A stretch of 64,000 bases of DNA from contig JAWXAQ010000030.1 of the NCBI GenBank assembly GCA_034439575.1, forward strand, positions 192,001-256,000. The letters are read 5' to 3'. The notes beneath the pieces were generated by a model that worked only from the letters and a program-made list of their open reading frames with translations, did no database searches and had not been told where the DNA came from. The position numbers were made by a program, and so were the translations under genes. How positions within the stretch are numbered: the first letter of the stretch is position 1; the number at the start of each line of letters is the position of its first letter. The DNA comes from Leptospira sp. (GTDB taxonomy: Bacteria > Spirochaetota > Leptospiria > Leptospirales > Leptospiraceae). Shown here piece by piece: positions 39,297 to 49,754 of this stretch.

Positions 39297-40597
39297 CGAT
39301 TTCCGATCGAAAAATAACTGTATCCTATCTCTTTCATATAAGCGGGTTTGTATTGGTTCCTACCATCAAAGATAAGTGGAGTTTTTAATATTGATTTCAT
39401 TCTATCAAAATCAGGTTCCCTAAACTCTCTCCATTCAGTTAACAAAAGCAAGGCGTCAGCTCCTTGGATCGCCGAATAAGGGTCTTTTTTATATTCAATT
39501 TTACCATCAAAATAATACTTTGATGTTTCCATTGCCGCGGGATCAAAAGCTTGGATCTTAGCTCCATTTTTATGAAGTTCATAAATCAATGGAATCGATG
39601 GAGCTTCTCGCATATCATCTGTTCCAGGCTTAAAAGAAAGTCCCCAAACTCCAAAAGTTTTTCCCTTCATATCTGAAGTTTTATAATATTCGAAAATTTT
39701 ATCCGTCAAACGAGTCTTTTGTTTTTCGTTTACATCTTCTACTGATTGAATGATATTCATAGTAGAATTAAATTGTTCTGCAGTACGAAGAAGAGCCCGA
39801 ACATCCTTTGGAAAACAAGAACCACCATATCCGATTCCTGCATATAAGAACTGCCTGCCAATACGAGAATCAGTTCCCATACCCTTTCTTACATCTTCAA
39901 AATTGGCACCAACCGCATCACATAAATTAGCAATTTCATTCACAAAAGAAATTTTGGTAGCAAGAAAGGCGTTACATGCGTACTTTGTGAGCTCAGCACT
40001 CCGTATACCCATCGTTAGTATGGGGTTTCCGTTTAATACAAATGGAGAATACAATTCACTCATTTTTTTGGCAGCTTTTTCAGATTCGGCACCGATCACA
40101 ACTCTTTCTGGGCGCATAAAATCATCAATGGCTGCACCTTCTTTTAAAAATTCAGGATTTGAGACAACATCAAAAGGATGTTTCGTGTGTTTTGCGATGA
40201 TTTCTTTGACTTGGTCTGCAGTACCCACTGGAACAGTTGATTTATCCACGATTATTTTATAGCCGTTCATCGCTTTTCCCACTTCTTCTGCGACCCCGAA
40301 TACAAAACGCAAGTCCGCCGAACCATTGTCAGATGTAGGAGTCCCAACAGCGATAAAAACAAATTCTGATTTTTCTACACCATCTTTTAAGGAGGTTGTA
40401 AAATGAAGTCTGCCTTCACTATGATTTCGTTTCACAAGTTCCGATAGCCCTGGTTCATAAATGGGGATGATTCCATTTTTCAGATCAGAGATCTTTTTTT
40501 CATCTTTATCGATACAGATCACTTCATTACCGTATTCGGCAAAACAAGTACCCGCTACAAGACCTACATAACCAGTTCCAACTACGCAAACTTTCAT
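39293..40597 (-). CDS. ugd: UDP-glucose 6-dehydrogenase
   Basis: GTGYVGL, KSTVPVG, NPEFLKEG, GYGGSCFPKD and FKPGTDDMRE. Confidence 0.96.
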   Translation of the reverse strand: MKVCVVGTGYVGLVAGTCFAEYGNEVICIDKDEKKISDLKNGIIPIYEPGLSELVKRNHSEGRLHFTTSLKDGVEKSEFVFIAVGTPTSDNGSADLRFVFGVAEEVGKAMNGYKIIVDKSTVPVGTADQVKEIIAKHTKHPFDVVSNPEFLKEGAAIDDFMRPERVVIGAESEKAAKKMSELYSPFVLNGNPILTMGIRSAELTKYACNAFLATKISFVNEIANLCDAVGANFEDVRKGMGTDSRIGRQFLYAGIGYGGSCFPKDVRALLRTAEQFNSTMNIIQSVEDVNEKQKTRLTDKIFEYYKTSDMKGKTFGVWGLSFKPGTDDMREAPSIPLIYELHKNGAKIQAFDPAAMETSKYYFDGKIEYKKDPYSAIQGADALLLLTEWREFREPDFDRMKSILKTPLIFDGRNQYKPAYMKEIGYSYFSIGNR

Positions 40598-40642
40598 ACT
40601 GCCTCCAGACTTTTATATTTTCTTTTTTCGGAAACTGTTTTT

Positions 40643-41848
40643 CTAAGACAGAATCTGCGATTCTACAGAAACAGGTAGGTAAACAATGCCGACAGAACGA
40701 GGCAAATTGACTCGTTCCACTTCAAAATTATATATCGATTCCATCCATAAATAACTACCTTCTACGTGACTTGCACCTTTATGAAGGGCAATGCTGATAC
40801 TGTATTTTCCTTCTTTAAACTGGACAGGGAAAGAGAATGAAACACGAACCAGATCATTTTTGGCGACAGTCAACTGTGGTGAACCAAGAAGATTTGTATT
40901 TGTTCCAAAGATGCGAATCCCTTTCTCATCATCGATATGAAATCCCACAGTCAGCAAATCCATAACTTCTGCCGCCCGAAACAAAATTTCCAATTCTATA
41001 GAATCATTTACGAACGTTAGGTTATTTAATTTTTGGCCCGATTTTTTCAAAGAAACATCGAGAGACGTGATATAATTTCCAAATTTTGATTTATCTAATT
41101 GTTTATCAGAACTCATTTCTGAATTTCCGAGTAATAACATATACGACTCAATTCCTTTTTTTGTCTCTCCATCAAACAAGAGTTTACCGCGTTCTAATAA
41201 TATGACCCGCGAACAAAAGTGAGAAACCAAACTCAAATCATGACTGACAAAAAGTACAATCGAACCTGCTTTCAAAAAATTTTCGAATCGTTTGAGACAC
41301 TTTTGTTGGAACTGTGCATCCCCTACTGCAAGGGCCTCATCCACAATTAGAATATCTGGTCGTACCGCCGTTGCCAGACTAAACCCGAGACGCATCGCCA
41401 TACCTGAACTATAATTTTTAAGAGGGACATTTCTAAATTCTTGCAAATTTGCAAATTCGAAAATTTCATCCATAAGGCTTTTGATTTGTTTCGGATTGTA
41501 TCCCCAAACGAGCCCGTTATAATAAATATTTTCTTCACCCGACAATTCGGAATTAAATCCCACACTCAATTCCAATAATGCGCGTATTGATCCACTAACA
41601 TTGAGTATGCCTTTTTCTGCTTTTGTGACTCCGGCTATTAATTTTAAGAGTGTAGATTTACCAGCACCATTTTTACCAATGATGCCTAATGATTCTCCAG
41701 ATTTTACGGTTAGGTTAATATTATCTAAGGCAAGAAAATGTGTATCGATGCCAAAGTATCCAAAGGACAATCCAGCGATAATTCTATGAATAGGTTTTGA
41801 GAATCCCGAATATTCCTTGGTTAAATTAGATAATTGGATCATTCCCAT
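40643..41848 (-). CDS. wzt: Polysaccharide ABC transporter ATP-binding protein with Wzt C-terminal domain
   Basis: GKNGAGKST, YSSGM..RL, DEALAVGD and VSHD, plus a C-terminal beta domain. Confidence 0.92.
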   Translation of the reverse strand: MGMIQLSNLTKEYSGFSKPIHRIIAGLSFGYFGIDTHFLALDNINLTVKSGESLGIIGKNGAGKSTLLKLIAGVTKAEKGILNVSGSIRALLELSVGFNSELSGEENIYYNGLVWGYNPKQIKSLMDEIFEFANLQEFRNVPLKNYSSGMAMRLGFSLATAVRPDILIVDEALAVGDAQFQQKCLKRFENFLKAGSIVLFVSHDLSLVSHFCSRVILLERGKLLFDGETKKGIESYMLLLGNSEMSSDKQLDKSKFGNYITSLDVSLKKSGQKLNNLTFVNDSIELEILFRAAEVMDLLTVGFHIDDEKGIRIFGTNTNLLGSPQLTVAKNDLVRVSFSFPVQFKEGKYSISIALHKGASHVEGSYLWMESIYNFEVERVNLPRSVGIVYLPVSVESQILS

Positions 41849-41852
41849 ACTT

Positions 41853-42602
41853 TTATAAGTGGTCTAGTATGACGGATTGAAATTTTCTCTTAGCGAGTAA
41901 AAAAACCAATATAAAAGAAAACAAAAATGGAAAAATTCCTATCCAATCAAATTGAGGTTCATATCCGCGAATTACTAAAGTACGGAAAATATCCAAAGGT
42001 ACATTTAATGGGTTCAAAATATTGATTTCTCTAAGAAATCCTTTTGGGTAATAGAGCACGGGTATCCCCCAGAACAAAACTTGGCTCACCAAACGGATTA
42101 ATGGCGATATATCCTTTAGCAATACATTTAGACGTGAAAGATAATGTAAAAAAAGTAAAAGATACATCCCGACAAAAAAAAGACAAATAAGGCCAGTGAA
42201 AATACCAGAATAATTTAATTTATCATAATATACTAAAAATATAAATACAGGTATCGAAGTGACAATTACGTGAATTAAGTATTGCACAAATGGTATCCAG
42301 ATAAATAAATCTAAACCCAAAGATGATCTTTTCAGTAGAGAGCGATTGTCCGTTAATATACTTGTTCCTCTAACCAAAAACTCCTGTAAAGGGATCCAAA
42401 ACAAAAGTCCGCACAAAAGATAGGCGGTGAAATCATCTTGTGTATTTGGTGTTTTTAGATTTAAAAAAAGAAAAACCACAGCATATAGAGAAATTAAAAC
42501 CAAATTTTGTAAGAACATCCAAGAGATTCCAAGGAAGGATCCAGCATACTGCAGAGCATAATCCCTTCGGACGAGTGCCCAAAGGATATAGAGTTTTTCC
42601 AT
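41853..42602 (-). CDS. wzm: Polysaccharide ABC transporter permease
   Basis: RDYALQYAGSFLG..W, several TM segments and LNPL; adjacent to wzt. I prefer the ATG at 42602 over 42638. Confidence 0.9.
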   Translation of the reverse strand: MEKLYILWALVRRDYALQYAGSFLGISWMFLQNLVLISLYAVVFLFLNLKTPNTQDDFTAYLLCGLLFWIPLQEFLVRGTSILTDNRSLLKRSSLGLDLFIWIPFVQYLIHVIVTSIPVFIFLVYYDKLNYSGIFTGLICLFFVGMYLLLFLHYLSRLNVLLKDISPLIRLVSQVLFWGIPVLYYPKGFLREINILNPLNVPLDIFRTLVIRGYEPQFDWIGIFPFLFSFILVFLLAKRKFQSVILDHL

Positions 42603-42744
42603 ATATATATTTTCGGAGACTGGGATGCCTATCTGCAATGCCCGTTCACGAAAATCTGTACCGTACGAACTCTGGTCTTGTTTTAGACTTTAAAATGAAT
42701 TTAAGTGAGACGATAACAAACGTAATTTAAGAATTCGGATGTAT

Positions 42745-42875
42745 TTCTCATTTAGCGAGGCGAAACATTTAGAGTGAACTGCTACCGGGTCGCATATGCC
42801 TCTGAAGCGACCTTAAAGCTTGGTACCCCCTACATAGCGGTGTAGAGGGTTCTCATACCAGCCAAATTTGGCTGA
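42745..42875 (-). ncRNA. Candidate structured RNA (leader or sRNA), family unknown
   Basis: Intergenic core of about 52% GC with three hairpins; G-U pairing favours the minus strand. Confidence 0.4.
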
Positions 42876-43091
42876 TTAAAGTCTCTTCAGGTTTCTTTGG
42901 CCCATTTCGGAGAGTTTTGGGGAAACCCAATCTCCTTTCTGAACCACTTCCCCTTGGAAGGCTTCTGTCAGATACTCTTCAAAGGTCTTACCCTGAGAAG
43001 ACTGGGAAAATCCCTTCTTAGGACCTTGTCCTGCGAGGCCACTCTCTTTGTGGCGGTTGTAAGCGGGTTGATGGATGGATCTAACGATCAT
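42876..43091 (-). CDS. Small hypothetical protein (71 aa)
   Basis: Strong RBS GGAGG 9 nt before the ATG; KTFEEYL motif. Confidence 0.75.
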   Translation of the reverse strand: MIVRSIHQPAYNRHKESGLAGQGPKKGFSQSSQGKTFEEYLTEAFQGEVVQKGDWVSPKLSEMGQRNLKRL

Positions 43092-43215
43092 ATTTTATTC
43101 CTCCCCGTCGCCTAATTAGACGACATAAAACTAAAAAATAGTACCAATAATTTACTATACGCTTGTTTACACTACTTAACATCCGAGAAGTTAAGTCAAT
43201 GTTTTTTCGCATTCT

Positions 43216-43240
43216 TTATCGGTTTCTAAATACTACTTTA
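43216..43240 (-). promoter_or_regulatory. Possible sigma-28-like promoter for the 71-aa gene
   Basis: TAAA-N13-ACCGATAA versus the canonical TAAA-N15-GCCGATAA; the spacer is 2 nt short. Confidence 0.3.
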
Positions 43241-43368
43241 GCAATTCGATGAGACAAAATACCGACTTCCGCCTAATTTTTTTTTCAAAGAAGCAAATTA
43301 TGCCTCATAAGCTTTAGAATAGCAAGTGAATTTAGGGACAAATATAAGAATTTGAACCCTTTTTCAGG

Positions 43369-43797
43369 GTGAAAGTCTCAAATAAGGCCAATTGGTCTTT
43401 GATCCTTGTCTTTATTTTACTTTTATTTTATGAAAGTACGGATCTCTGGTCTGAAAAGATTTACCCATTTTCAGCCAGTTTTTGGTTCAAAGAAGGTTTT
43501 AGCCTGGAAGAATCTGCAAAATTAACGCAAGCCAGTGGCAAAACGAAAGAAGAATTCCGAATTTGGCTCGATAGTTGGGAAAACAAAAAAAGAAACAAAG
43601 TATTAGCAATCCTTAGGCGAGAAAATATTATTTTAGTAGAACAAAAATCCAGAAATAAAACAGACAAAGATCACCAAAAAAATTCTTCAACTAACGGAAA
43701 TTTGAATGATAAAAAACTAAATATAAAAAGAGAGGGTTTTTTTTTATCGGAGGGAGTTACCAAAATATTGATTCAAGGTATATGCCTTTGGAATTGA
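43369..43797 (+). CDS. N-terminal part (signal peptide) of a probably frameshifted outer-membrane protein
   Basis: Hydrophobic leader; overlaps the next ORF's open frame across a T9 tract. Confidence 0.55.
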   Translation: MKVSNKANWSLILVFILLLFYESTDLWSEKIYPFSASFWFKEGFSLEESAKLTQASGKTKEEFRIWLDSWENKKRNKVLAILRRENIILVEQKSRNKTDKDHQKNSSTNGNLNDKKLNIKREGFFLSEGVTKILIQGICLWN

Positions 43798-44924
43798 GAA
43801 ATCATTCCTCTGTATTCATTGGACAACAAACAGAAAGTATACGTTGGAGTCTTGAAAAAAGAGATAACAAATTAGTTGGCAGTGCCAGTTTGGAACACAA
43901 AATCTTTCATGTGCATTTGGGAAATCGATATAAACCTTTACCAAATTTTTATTTTGCAAAAGATCAAAATTTTTTTTCCAACTTTGATCATAAAGATTCA
44001 CACCTTCCTCAGCCATTAAACGAATCCTATTTTGCTGGTATAAAAGTAAGTCCATCAAATCCATTTTTTTTACTTGGTGTTTATTCTGCTAAATCAGTAT
44101 CCCAGGAACCAGGTGTTTATTTAGTGAGTGTGGATAAAAAATATTCCATGACTTGGTCACCTTACAGTCGTATTGGTAGTTTTTATATAAATGAAACAAA
44201 GAATTTTGCAGATTGGAAATTAAATTTGCAAGGCGAAGTTTTTGGTAGAAATGATAATTTTATTGGCTTTGCCTATTTACGGGGCCAATCGGAAAAGCTC
44301 AATCTGAAAGTAGATGCCACAACATTTAGAGATAACCAGTTATTATCTGTTCCAACTTCGGAAATGGTGGATAAAAACACAGTCAAACAAGATTTAGGTT
44401 ATAGTCGATTGCGGTATCGTGAATATTTTGTTCTGGAAGGCCTAACATCCCGCGAAGGATTGCGAATCGAACAGGGATATGGTCTGCAAGTTCCACTCAT
44501 TTTTGGAGAGTATGGTGCGATTGCGGTAAGATACAGAAATTACAATGAAAATGGATTTTATGAAGATTTACAAATCGGACGTGGACTTTTTTATGAATAC
44601 AGAAAGGACAAAACAACGATTAGTCTAGGAGGCGAAAAAAGAGGAAACGTCTATCAAAATGAAGGAAAAATTGCTTATGCTCTCAATCAAAATTATTATA
44701 TCGAATTTAGTTGTATTTATAGAGATTCAGGAATCAAAATGCGTTCATGGTTCGAGAACTGGAGTTATGCGACAGATTTTAATGTAAATTTAATTGACCG
44801 AAAAGAAATATGGAAAGTAAAATTTATTGGAAAAGATTTGGCTTTGAATGTAAGTATTTCCGAAAAAATGGATTCACCAACTTATATATATTATGCTAAT
44901 TTTCAATTTAATTATCGTTTTTGA
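43782..44924 (+). CDS. C-terminal beta-barrel-like part of the same probable outer-membrane protein
   Basis: No signal peptide; ends YYANFQFNYRF; its frame is open back to 43713. Confidence 0.65.
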   Translation: MPLELRNHSSVFIGQQTESIRWSLEKRDNKLVGSASLEHKIFHVHLGNRYKPLPNFYFAKDQNFFSNFDHKDSHLPQPLNESYFAGIKVSPSNPFFLLGVYSAKSVSQEPGVYLVSVDKKYSMTWSPYSRIGSFYINETKNFADWKLNLQGEVFGRNDNFIGFAYLRGQSEKLNLKVDATTFRDNQLLSVPTSEMVDKNTVKQDLGYSRLRYREYFVLEGLTSREGLRIEQGYGLQVPLIFGEYGAIAVRYRNYNENGFYEDLQIGRGLFYEYRKDKTTISLGGEKRGNVYQNEGKIAYALNQNYYIEFSCIYRDSGIKMRSWFENWSYATDFNVNLIDRKEIWKVKFIGKDLALNVSISEKMDSPTYIYYANFQFNYRF

Positions 44925-44981
44925 ATTTAAAAAACTTCGCTAATTTGAATGGCAAAACATTTTGAATTGGACAATTTATTT

Positions 44982-45524
44982 TTAATAAAGCATTTCATCC
45001 GAATATATTTCCGTAAAATTAAGCAATTTAAAAATAGGGATCGACTGCAGATCAATAAATTCTTCGGGTTTAGCAGGAAGAAGTTTTTTTTCTGAGAAAG
45101 ATTTCCTTCGTCCCCTTTCATCAATCGGGAAAAAATAAAAACCAGTCCATTCCCCTTTTATCAAATATGGATTTCCAGGAAATAGATGTTTTACAAATTC
45201 TTCGCCATCCGAATCAAATTTGTTTCGCCTATACCTGTAGTGAATCTCATGTCCATTCCAATCGTAAAACACAGCGAAGTCGCCTTCTTTTGCTTTAAAA
45301 AATAATTTCCATTCAGAAGGAAAAACACCCTTCTCTTTGAATTCTAATTTTCCATCGGAAATTCTTTTTTCATTCAGAGATATTGGATGCGTATATCTTT
45401 CTCCTTTATTCTGAGAAGATAATGGGACTGAGAATTGAAAAATGAATAGATAGAATAGTAAATTATGAAGACTATAAGTCAAAAATTGTCTATTTAAAAG
45501 AATTCCGTATAACATAAGTTTCAT
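44982..45524 (-). CDS. Hypothetical exported protein
   Basis: 180-aa ORF with a hydrophobic N-region; ATGA overlap with the upstream gene. Confidence 0.7.
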   Translation of the reverse strand: MKLMLYGILLNRQFLTYSLHNLLFYLFIFQFSVPLSSQNKGERYTHPISLNEKRISDGKLEFKEKGVFPSEWKLFFKAKEGDFAVFYDWNGHEIHYRYRRNKFDSDGEEFVKHLFPGNPYLIKGEWTGFYFFPIDERGRRKSFSEKKLLPAKPEEFIDLQSIPIFKLLNFTEIYSDEMLY

Positions 45525-46664
45525 TTATCAGAAGTTTGGTCTTTTTCGACGGCTTCTTCTTCCTCTTCACTTGGTGTTATCTCTTTGCCTTGGATCTGAT
45601 CGATAGCTTTTTTGGCCGCTTTTTGTACTTTAGGACTTGGGTCTCTATCGCGTTTGTATTCCAAAAGCTCCAATGCTGCTGGATCTTTCATATTTCCCAT
45701 ATATTCAATGACTCTTAGTCTCACGTACGCATCATCATCGCGCGCAAATTCATTTAACTCTTTAATGATTTCTTTATCACCAAGTAAGACAAGTGCTCCA
45801 ATCGTATAAATTTTCAGAGATTGGGCTTTTTTTCCATCTAGTTTGCCAGATGTTTTTTTCAAAGAATCCAATAGTTCAAATAACTTGGGTTTCGCGGATT
45901 GTGATTTAATTTTACCCAAAGCATTGATAGAGTAACAGCGTAAAGTCGTAGGCATCAAATCATCAAATGCTACATCTTGTAATATAGAATCTGCGCTCCC
46001 ATCTGCTACAGAACCAAAATACAATGCTATCTGTGCACGCATATCGCTATGATTGAATTTTTCACGGAACTTTGCCTGTAAAAATGGGGAAGCATCCTTT
46101 CCATTGGGCAATTCAGAGAGCGCATTGATATATAAAGTAACCGCATTGGAATTTTTTGTAAAATCCTCTTTCTTTAATTTTTCAATCAAAGGTGGTACGG
46201 CATCTTGTAATTTTAATTTTTTCGCAGTTGAAACTGCTTGTTTTGAAACATCTTCGTTTGGATCGTCAAACAAAAGTATAACGGAATCCTTGTATTCTAC
46301 CAAATTTAATTCGGAAACAGTTCGAAGTATGACGATCTTCATACCTAAATCTTTTTCCGTTTTTAACATTTCGCCGAGATAAGTATATAGTTCTTTTGCA
46401 TGTTCTTTTGGAAAGTGAATGAGCTCAAATAACGCTTGTTTGCGTTCTTGGGATGTGCCATATCTTAATACTTTTGATAGAACAGATTTTTTTTTATCAA
46501 TTTGTTCCGTACTTAGTTCTTTTGCTTTTGGCTTAGAGCCAGGTTTGGCTTCATCTAACTTGGGTAGAGTAGTCTCATTATCTTTGATTGTAGAAGGTTT
46601 TGATTGTGAAAAGATAGGTGCGGAAAAAAGAAGGGATGAGAAAAAAAAGAAATAGATTAGGGTC

Positions 46665-46669
<5 letters not shown>
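45521..46669 (-). CDS. Exported HEAT-repeat protein (start uncertain)
   Basis: HEAT-like units ([32 protein letters not shown]). The signal-like [18 protein letters not shown] begins at about 46669; the ORF track extends to 46807. Confidence 0.8.
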
Positions 46670-47135
<466 letters not shown>

Positions 47136-47183
47136 TCTGACCCCCTAGTTCCATTATCAGTCCTAGTTCACTGCTTTGTCGAT

Positions 47184-49697
47184 CTACTTTTCACGAAAAG
47201 TGTATTTGGTTTTTGGTTCAAGCGTTGGTAACATAGGTACTTTCCAAATGTCTTCCGCGTATTCACGAATCGTACGATCCGAAGAAAACTTGCCTGACCT
47301 GGCCACATTATAAATCGACTTTTCTGTCCACAAGTCCACATTCAAAAAATCATGCGCGATACGATCTTGCATTTCATCATACGCCTGAAAATCGGCGAGT
47401 AATAGATAGTTATCATTGTACACAAGACTGTCATATATAGGATTAAAAATACCATGTTCTGATTGTGAAAAATAATTCTCCCGAATCATCATAAGCACTC
47501 TTTTTAATTCCTCGTTTTGATTTAGATATTCTAGTGGATTATAACCCTTAGCTTTAAGTGCATATACCTCAGGCGTTTTTAATCCAAAAATATAAATATT
47601 TTCTTCACCAACTTCTTCTAACATTTCTACATTCGCACCATCTAAAGTGCCAATTGTTAAAGCTCCATTTAACATAAATTTCATATTACTCGTTCCTGAA
47701 GCTTCTGTTCCAGCTGTAGAAATTTGTTCTGATAAATTGGTTCCAGGAATAATACATTCAGCAAGAGAAACTCTATAGTTAGGAAGAAACACTACCTTCA
47801 ATCGATCACGAACATCTGGATCTTTGTTTACAATTTGAGCTACATTATTGATCAGCTTAATAATAAGCTTAGCCATATAATATCCCGGTGCGGCTTTACC
47901 ACCAAAGATAACAGTACGATTCGTAACACTTATAGAAGGATTTTCCTTGATTCTTCTATATAAGGCAATCACTCGCAAAACATTGAGTAATTGCCTTTTG
48001 TATTCATGGAATCTTTTGATTTGAACATCAATTAGTGAATGACTGTCGATGGAAATACCAGTCTCACTTTTGATTAACTTGGAAAGATTATCTTTATTGA
48101 TTTGTTTGACTCTTGCCCAATCATTTTTGAAATCAGCATCCTTAACAAATTTTTCCAAATCTCTTAATTGATATAAGTCTGTTGCAAATTTATTTCCTAT
48201 ATTTTTTGCAATAAGGTTAGTTAGACTTGGGTTAGATTGAATCAACCATCTTCTAGGTGTTATGCCATTGGTTTTGTTGTTAAATTTCTCTGGGTAAATT
48301 TTATAGAAGGATTGAAAGATCGTTTGAACAATGAGTTCAGAGTGCAATGCGGCGACACCATTGACTTTGTGTGAACCGATAACAGCCAGATTTGCCATTC
48401 GGATTCTTTTTTCATTTCCTTCTTGGATGATACTCACTTCGCTGATTTCAGAATCTGTAAGTTTCCCAGTCTTTTTTGCAAATTTCAAAAACCTATGATT
48501 GATTTCATAAATGATCTCTAAGTGACGAGGCAATAGTCTTTCAAATAGACTCACTTTCCAATTTTCTAATGCTTCAGGCAAAACTGTATGGTTTGTATAG
48601 GCAAATATCTTATTTGTAAGTTCCCATGCCCTATCCCATTCCCAATCTTCTTGGTCGAGTAAAACTCTCATCAACTCAGCAATCCCAATACTTGGATGAG
48701 TGTCATTTAATTGAATCGCAATTTTATCACCTAAGAAGTCTAAGCTGGCATGGGTCTTTCTATGATTGATCAGGATATCTTGCAAGGAAGAACAGACCAT
48801 GAAATACTGTTGTTTGAGACGAAGTTCCTTTCCTTGTTCGGTGGTGTCGTTCGGATAAAGTACCTTTGATATATTTTCAGAAATTGATTTATCTTGCACG
48901 GCTTTCATATAGTCGCCATGATTAAAATAATCTAAGTTAAATTCTTCCGAAGACTTTGCAGTCCACAAACGAAGGTAATTCACCGTACTCGTGTTAAACC
49001 CTGGTATAGGGCAATCATGTGCAGATGCAAGTACTGTTTCACCAGGAACCCAATAATGTTCCGTTTTTCCTTTTCCGGAAATGCGAGTTTCCGTATACCC
49101 ATAAAATCCTATGGAATGAGTGATGTCGGCTCGAATGACTTCATAAGGTACACCATCTGCATCCCAATGGTCTGGCATTTCCAATTGTGACCCATTAGCA
49201 ATGATTTGGTTAAATATCCCGTAATCGTATCTAATCCCATACCCAAAGCCTGGTATGTTAAGTGTCGCCATGGAATCCAAAAAACATGCGGCGAGTCTTC
49301 CAAGCCCTCCGTTTCCAAGCCCCGCATCCATTTCAAACTCCAAAACTTCAGATAATTGAAATCCAAAGCCGTCTATCATTTCATTGACGACATCGTATAA
49401 GCCTAAATTGATGAGAGCATTCAAAAGGGTCCGGCCCATAAGAAATTCTAAGGAAAAATAAAAAACCTGTTTCGGGTTTTCACTGCGATACCTTTCATTT
49501 GTTACATTCAATCGATCTATGAGAAAATCGCGGACAGTGTGTCCAAGAGCTTTGTAGATATCTTCGTTTTTTACCGTATACCGACTCTTTCCGATCGTGT
49601 ATTCTAAATGGTGAGAAAATTGTTTTTCTAGGGAATTTAGGTCAGCCTTTTGTTCTTCAGAAAGGAGAGTGAGTAGACGGGAATTTTCTAAGATCAT
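47184..49697 (-). CDS. glgP: Glycogen/alpha-glucan phosphorylase
   Basis: GLGNGGLGRLAAC, QLNDTHP, KRFHEYKRQ and EASGTSNMK (PLP lysine). Confidence 0.98.
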   Translation of the reverse strand: MILENSRLLTLLSEEQKADLNSLEKQFSHHLEYTIGKSRYTVKNEDIYKALGHTVRDFLIDRLNVTNERYRSENPKQVFYFSLEFLMGRTLLNALINLGLYDVVNEMIDGFGFQLSEVLEFEMDAGLGNGGLGRLAACFLDSMATLNIPGFGYGIRYDYGIFNQIIANGSQLEMPDHWDADGVPYEVIRADITHSIGFYGYTETRISGKGKTEHYWVPGETVLASAHDCPIPGFNTSTVNYLRLWTAKSSEEFNLDYFNHGDYMKAVQDKSISENISKVLYPNDTTEQGKELRLKQQYFMVCSSLQDILINHRKTHASLDFLGDKIAIQLNDTHPSIGIAELMRVLLDQEDWEWDRAWELTNKIFAYTNHTVLPEALENWKVSLFERLLPRHLEIIYEINHRFLKFAKKTGKLTDSEISEVSIIQEGNEKRIRMANLAVIGSHKVNGVAALHSELIVQTIFQSFYKIYPEKFNNKTNGITPRRWLIQSNPSLTNLIAKNIGNKFATDLYQLRDLEKFVKDADFKNDWARVKQINKDNLSKLIKSETGISIDSHSLIDVQIKRFHEYKRQLLNVLRVIALYRRIKENPSISVTNRTVIFGGKAAPGYYMAKLIIKLINNVAQIVNKDPDVRDRLKVVFLPNYRVSLAECIIPGTNLSEQISTAGTEASGTSNMKFMLNGALTIGTLDGANVEMLEEVGEENIYIFGLKTPEVYALKAKGYNPLEYLNQNEELKRVLMMIRENYFSQSEHGIFNPIYDSLVYNDNYLLLADFQAYDEMQDRIAHDFLNVDLWTEKSIYNVARSGKFSSDRTIREYAEDIWKVPMLPTLEPKTKYTFREK

Positions 49698-49754
49698 GGA
49701 TGCAAATAATACACATCCTTTGATTTGTATTCAAGTAAAAGAAATCGTGAAAAT

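Noticed and set aside
42745-42875. SRP RNA, 6S RNA or a known riboswitch
   Set aside because: It lacks the SRP CAGG/GNRA/AGCA domain IV. The 6S-like words on the plus strand leave only about 3 nt for the 5' central bubble. I recognised no riboswitch consensus, so it is kept as an unassigned candidate.
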